Source: Desulfovibrio sp. UBA2564
Lineage (GTDB): Bacteria > Desulfobacterota > Desulfovibrionia > Desulfovibrionales > Desulfovibrionaceae
Direction: 5' to 3'
Assembly (NCBI GenBank): GCA_002340305.1
Contig: DDLU01000046.1
Location: 1 to 45,813 of the forward strand
Length of the DNA: 45,813 nucleotides
This document shows, piece after piece, positions 45,588 to 45,813 of this stretch. The translations under genes were made by a program, and so were the position numbers. The first letter of the stretch is position 1. Every line of letters begins with the position of its first letter. The notes beneath the pieces were generated by a model. That model was given only the letters and a program-made list of their open reading frames with translations. It was not told the DNA's origin and did no database searches.

Positions 45588-45813
45588 ATGTCCACCGAAC
45601 ACACTGACACTCAGCAGACCACGCCGCAACAGCCCAACACCTCGCAGCCGGTGATGGGTCCGGATCAGGGTCAGCCCCATTTTTCCTACACTACTCCCGG
45701 TGACCCCTATCAGGGTGCTCCGGTTGCAGGCAATGTACAGCAGCCTATGCAACAGCCTGTGTACCAGCAGCCTATGCAACAGCCGGTTTACCAGCAGCCT
45801 GTGTATCAGCAGC
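45588..45813 (+). CDS. 5' part of Gln/Pro/Tyr-rich repeat protein (runs off window)
   Basis: GAGGAG RBS, ATG 45588, open frame MSTEHTDTQQ...QQPMQQPVYQQPMQQPVYQQPVYQQ; absent from the ORF track because it has no stop in the window. Confidence 0.75.
   Translation, partial: MSTEHTDTQQTTPQQPNTSQPVMGPDQGQPHFSYTTPGDPYQGAPVAGNVQQPMQQPVYQQPMQQPVYQQPVYQQ

Overview
Chromosomal window of a sulfate-reducing deltaproteobacterium (gene content and intergenic repeats look like Desulfovibrionaceae, possibly Maridesulfovibrio; inference). The left and middle parts carry housekeeping genes (hisS-aspS, nifU-nifS-cysK-cysE, buk, prfC, panB, serB). Accessory loci are interspersed: a secreted caspase-family peptidase, a very short RHS toxin with an overlapping membrane immunity candidate, a DUF1007/RcnA-like metal transporter pair, a 2136-aa hybrid sensor whose Ser/Thr kinase domain looks catalytically dead, and a RelE/ParE toxin-antitoxin pair. 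The right ~10 kb (36014 to the end) is an iron island with several Fur-box-like palindromes. It holds feoA-feoB plus two exported proteins, a membrane diguanylate cyclase, a local Fur, and a cluster resembling ferrosome (fez) iron-storage organelle genes: a small FezA-like membrane protein, a MamC-like GxxxG protein, a non-canonical P1B-ATPase (TGE changed to TGR; SCPC; HxxHT), an HMA2 protein, and a Q/P/Y-repeat protein cut by the window edge. Non-coding signals include REPIN-like palindromic doublets (one with a nested ~80-bp insert; the same element supplies the cysK ribosome-binding site) and two promoter-preceded structured RNA candidates (35877-35989 and 27431-27530). No rRNA, tRNA, CRISPR array or transposase was found. 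All family assignments come from motif recognition by eye; no database searches were run.
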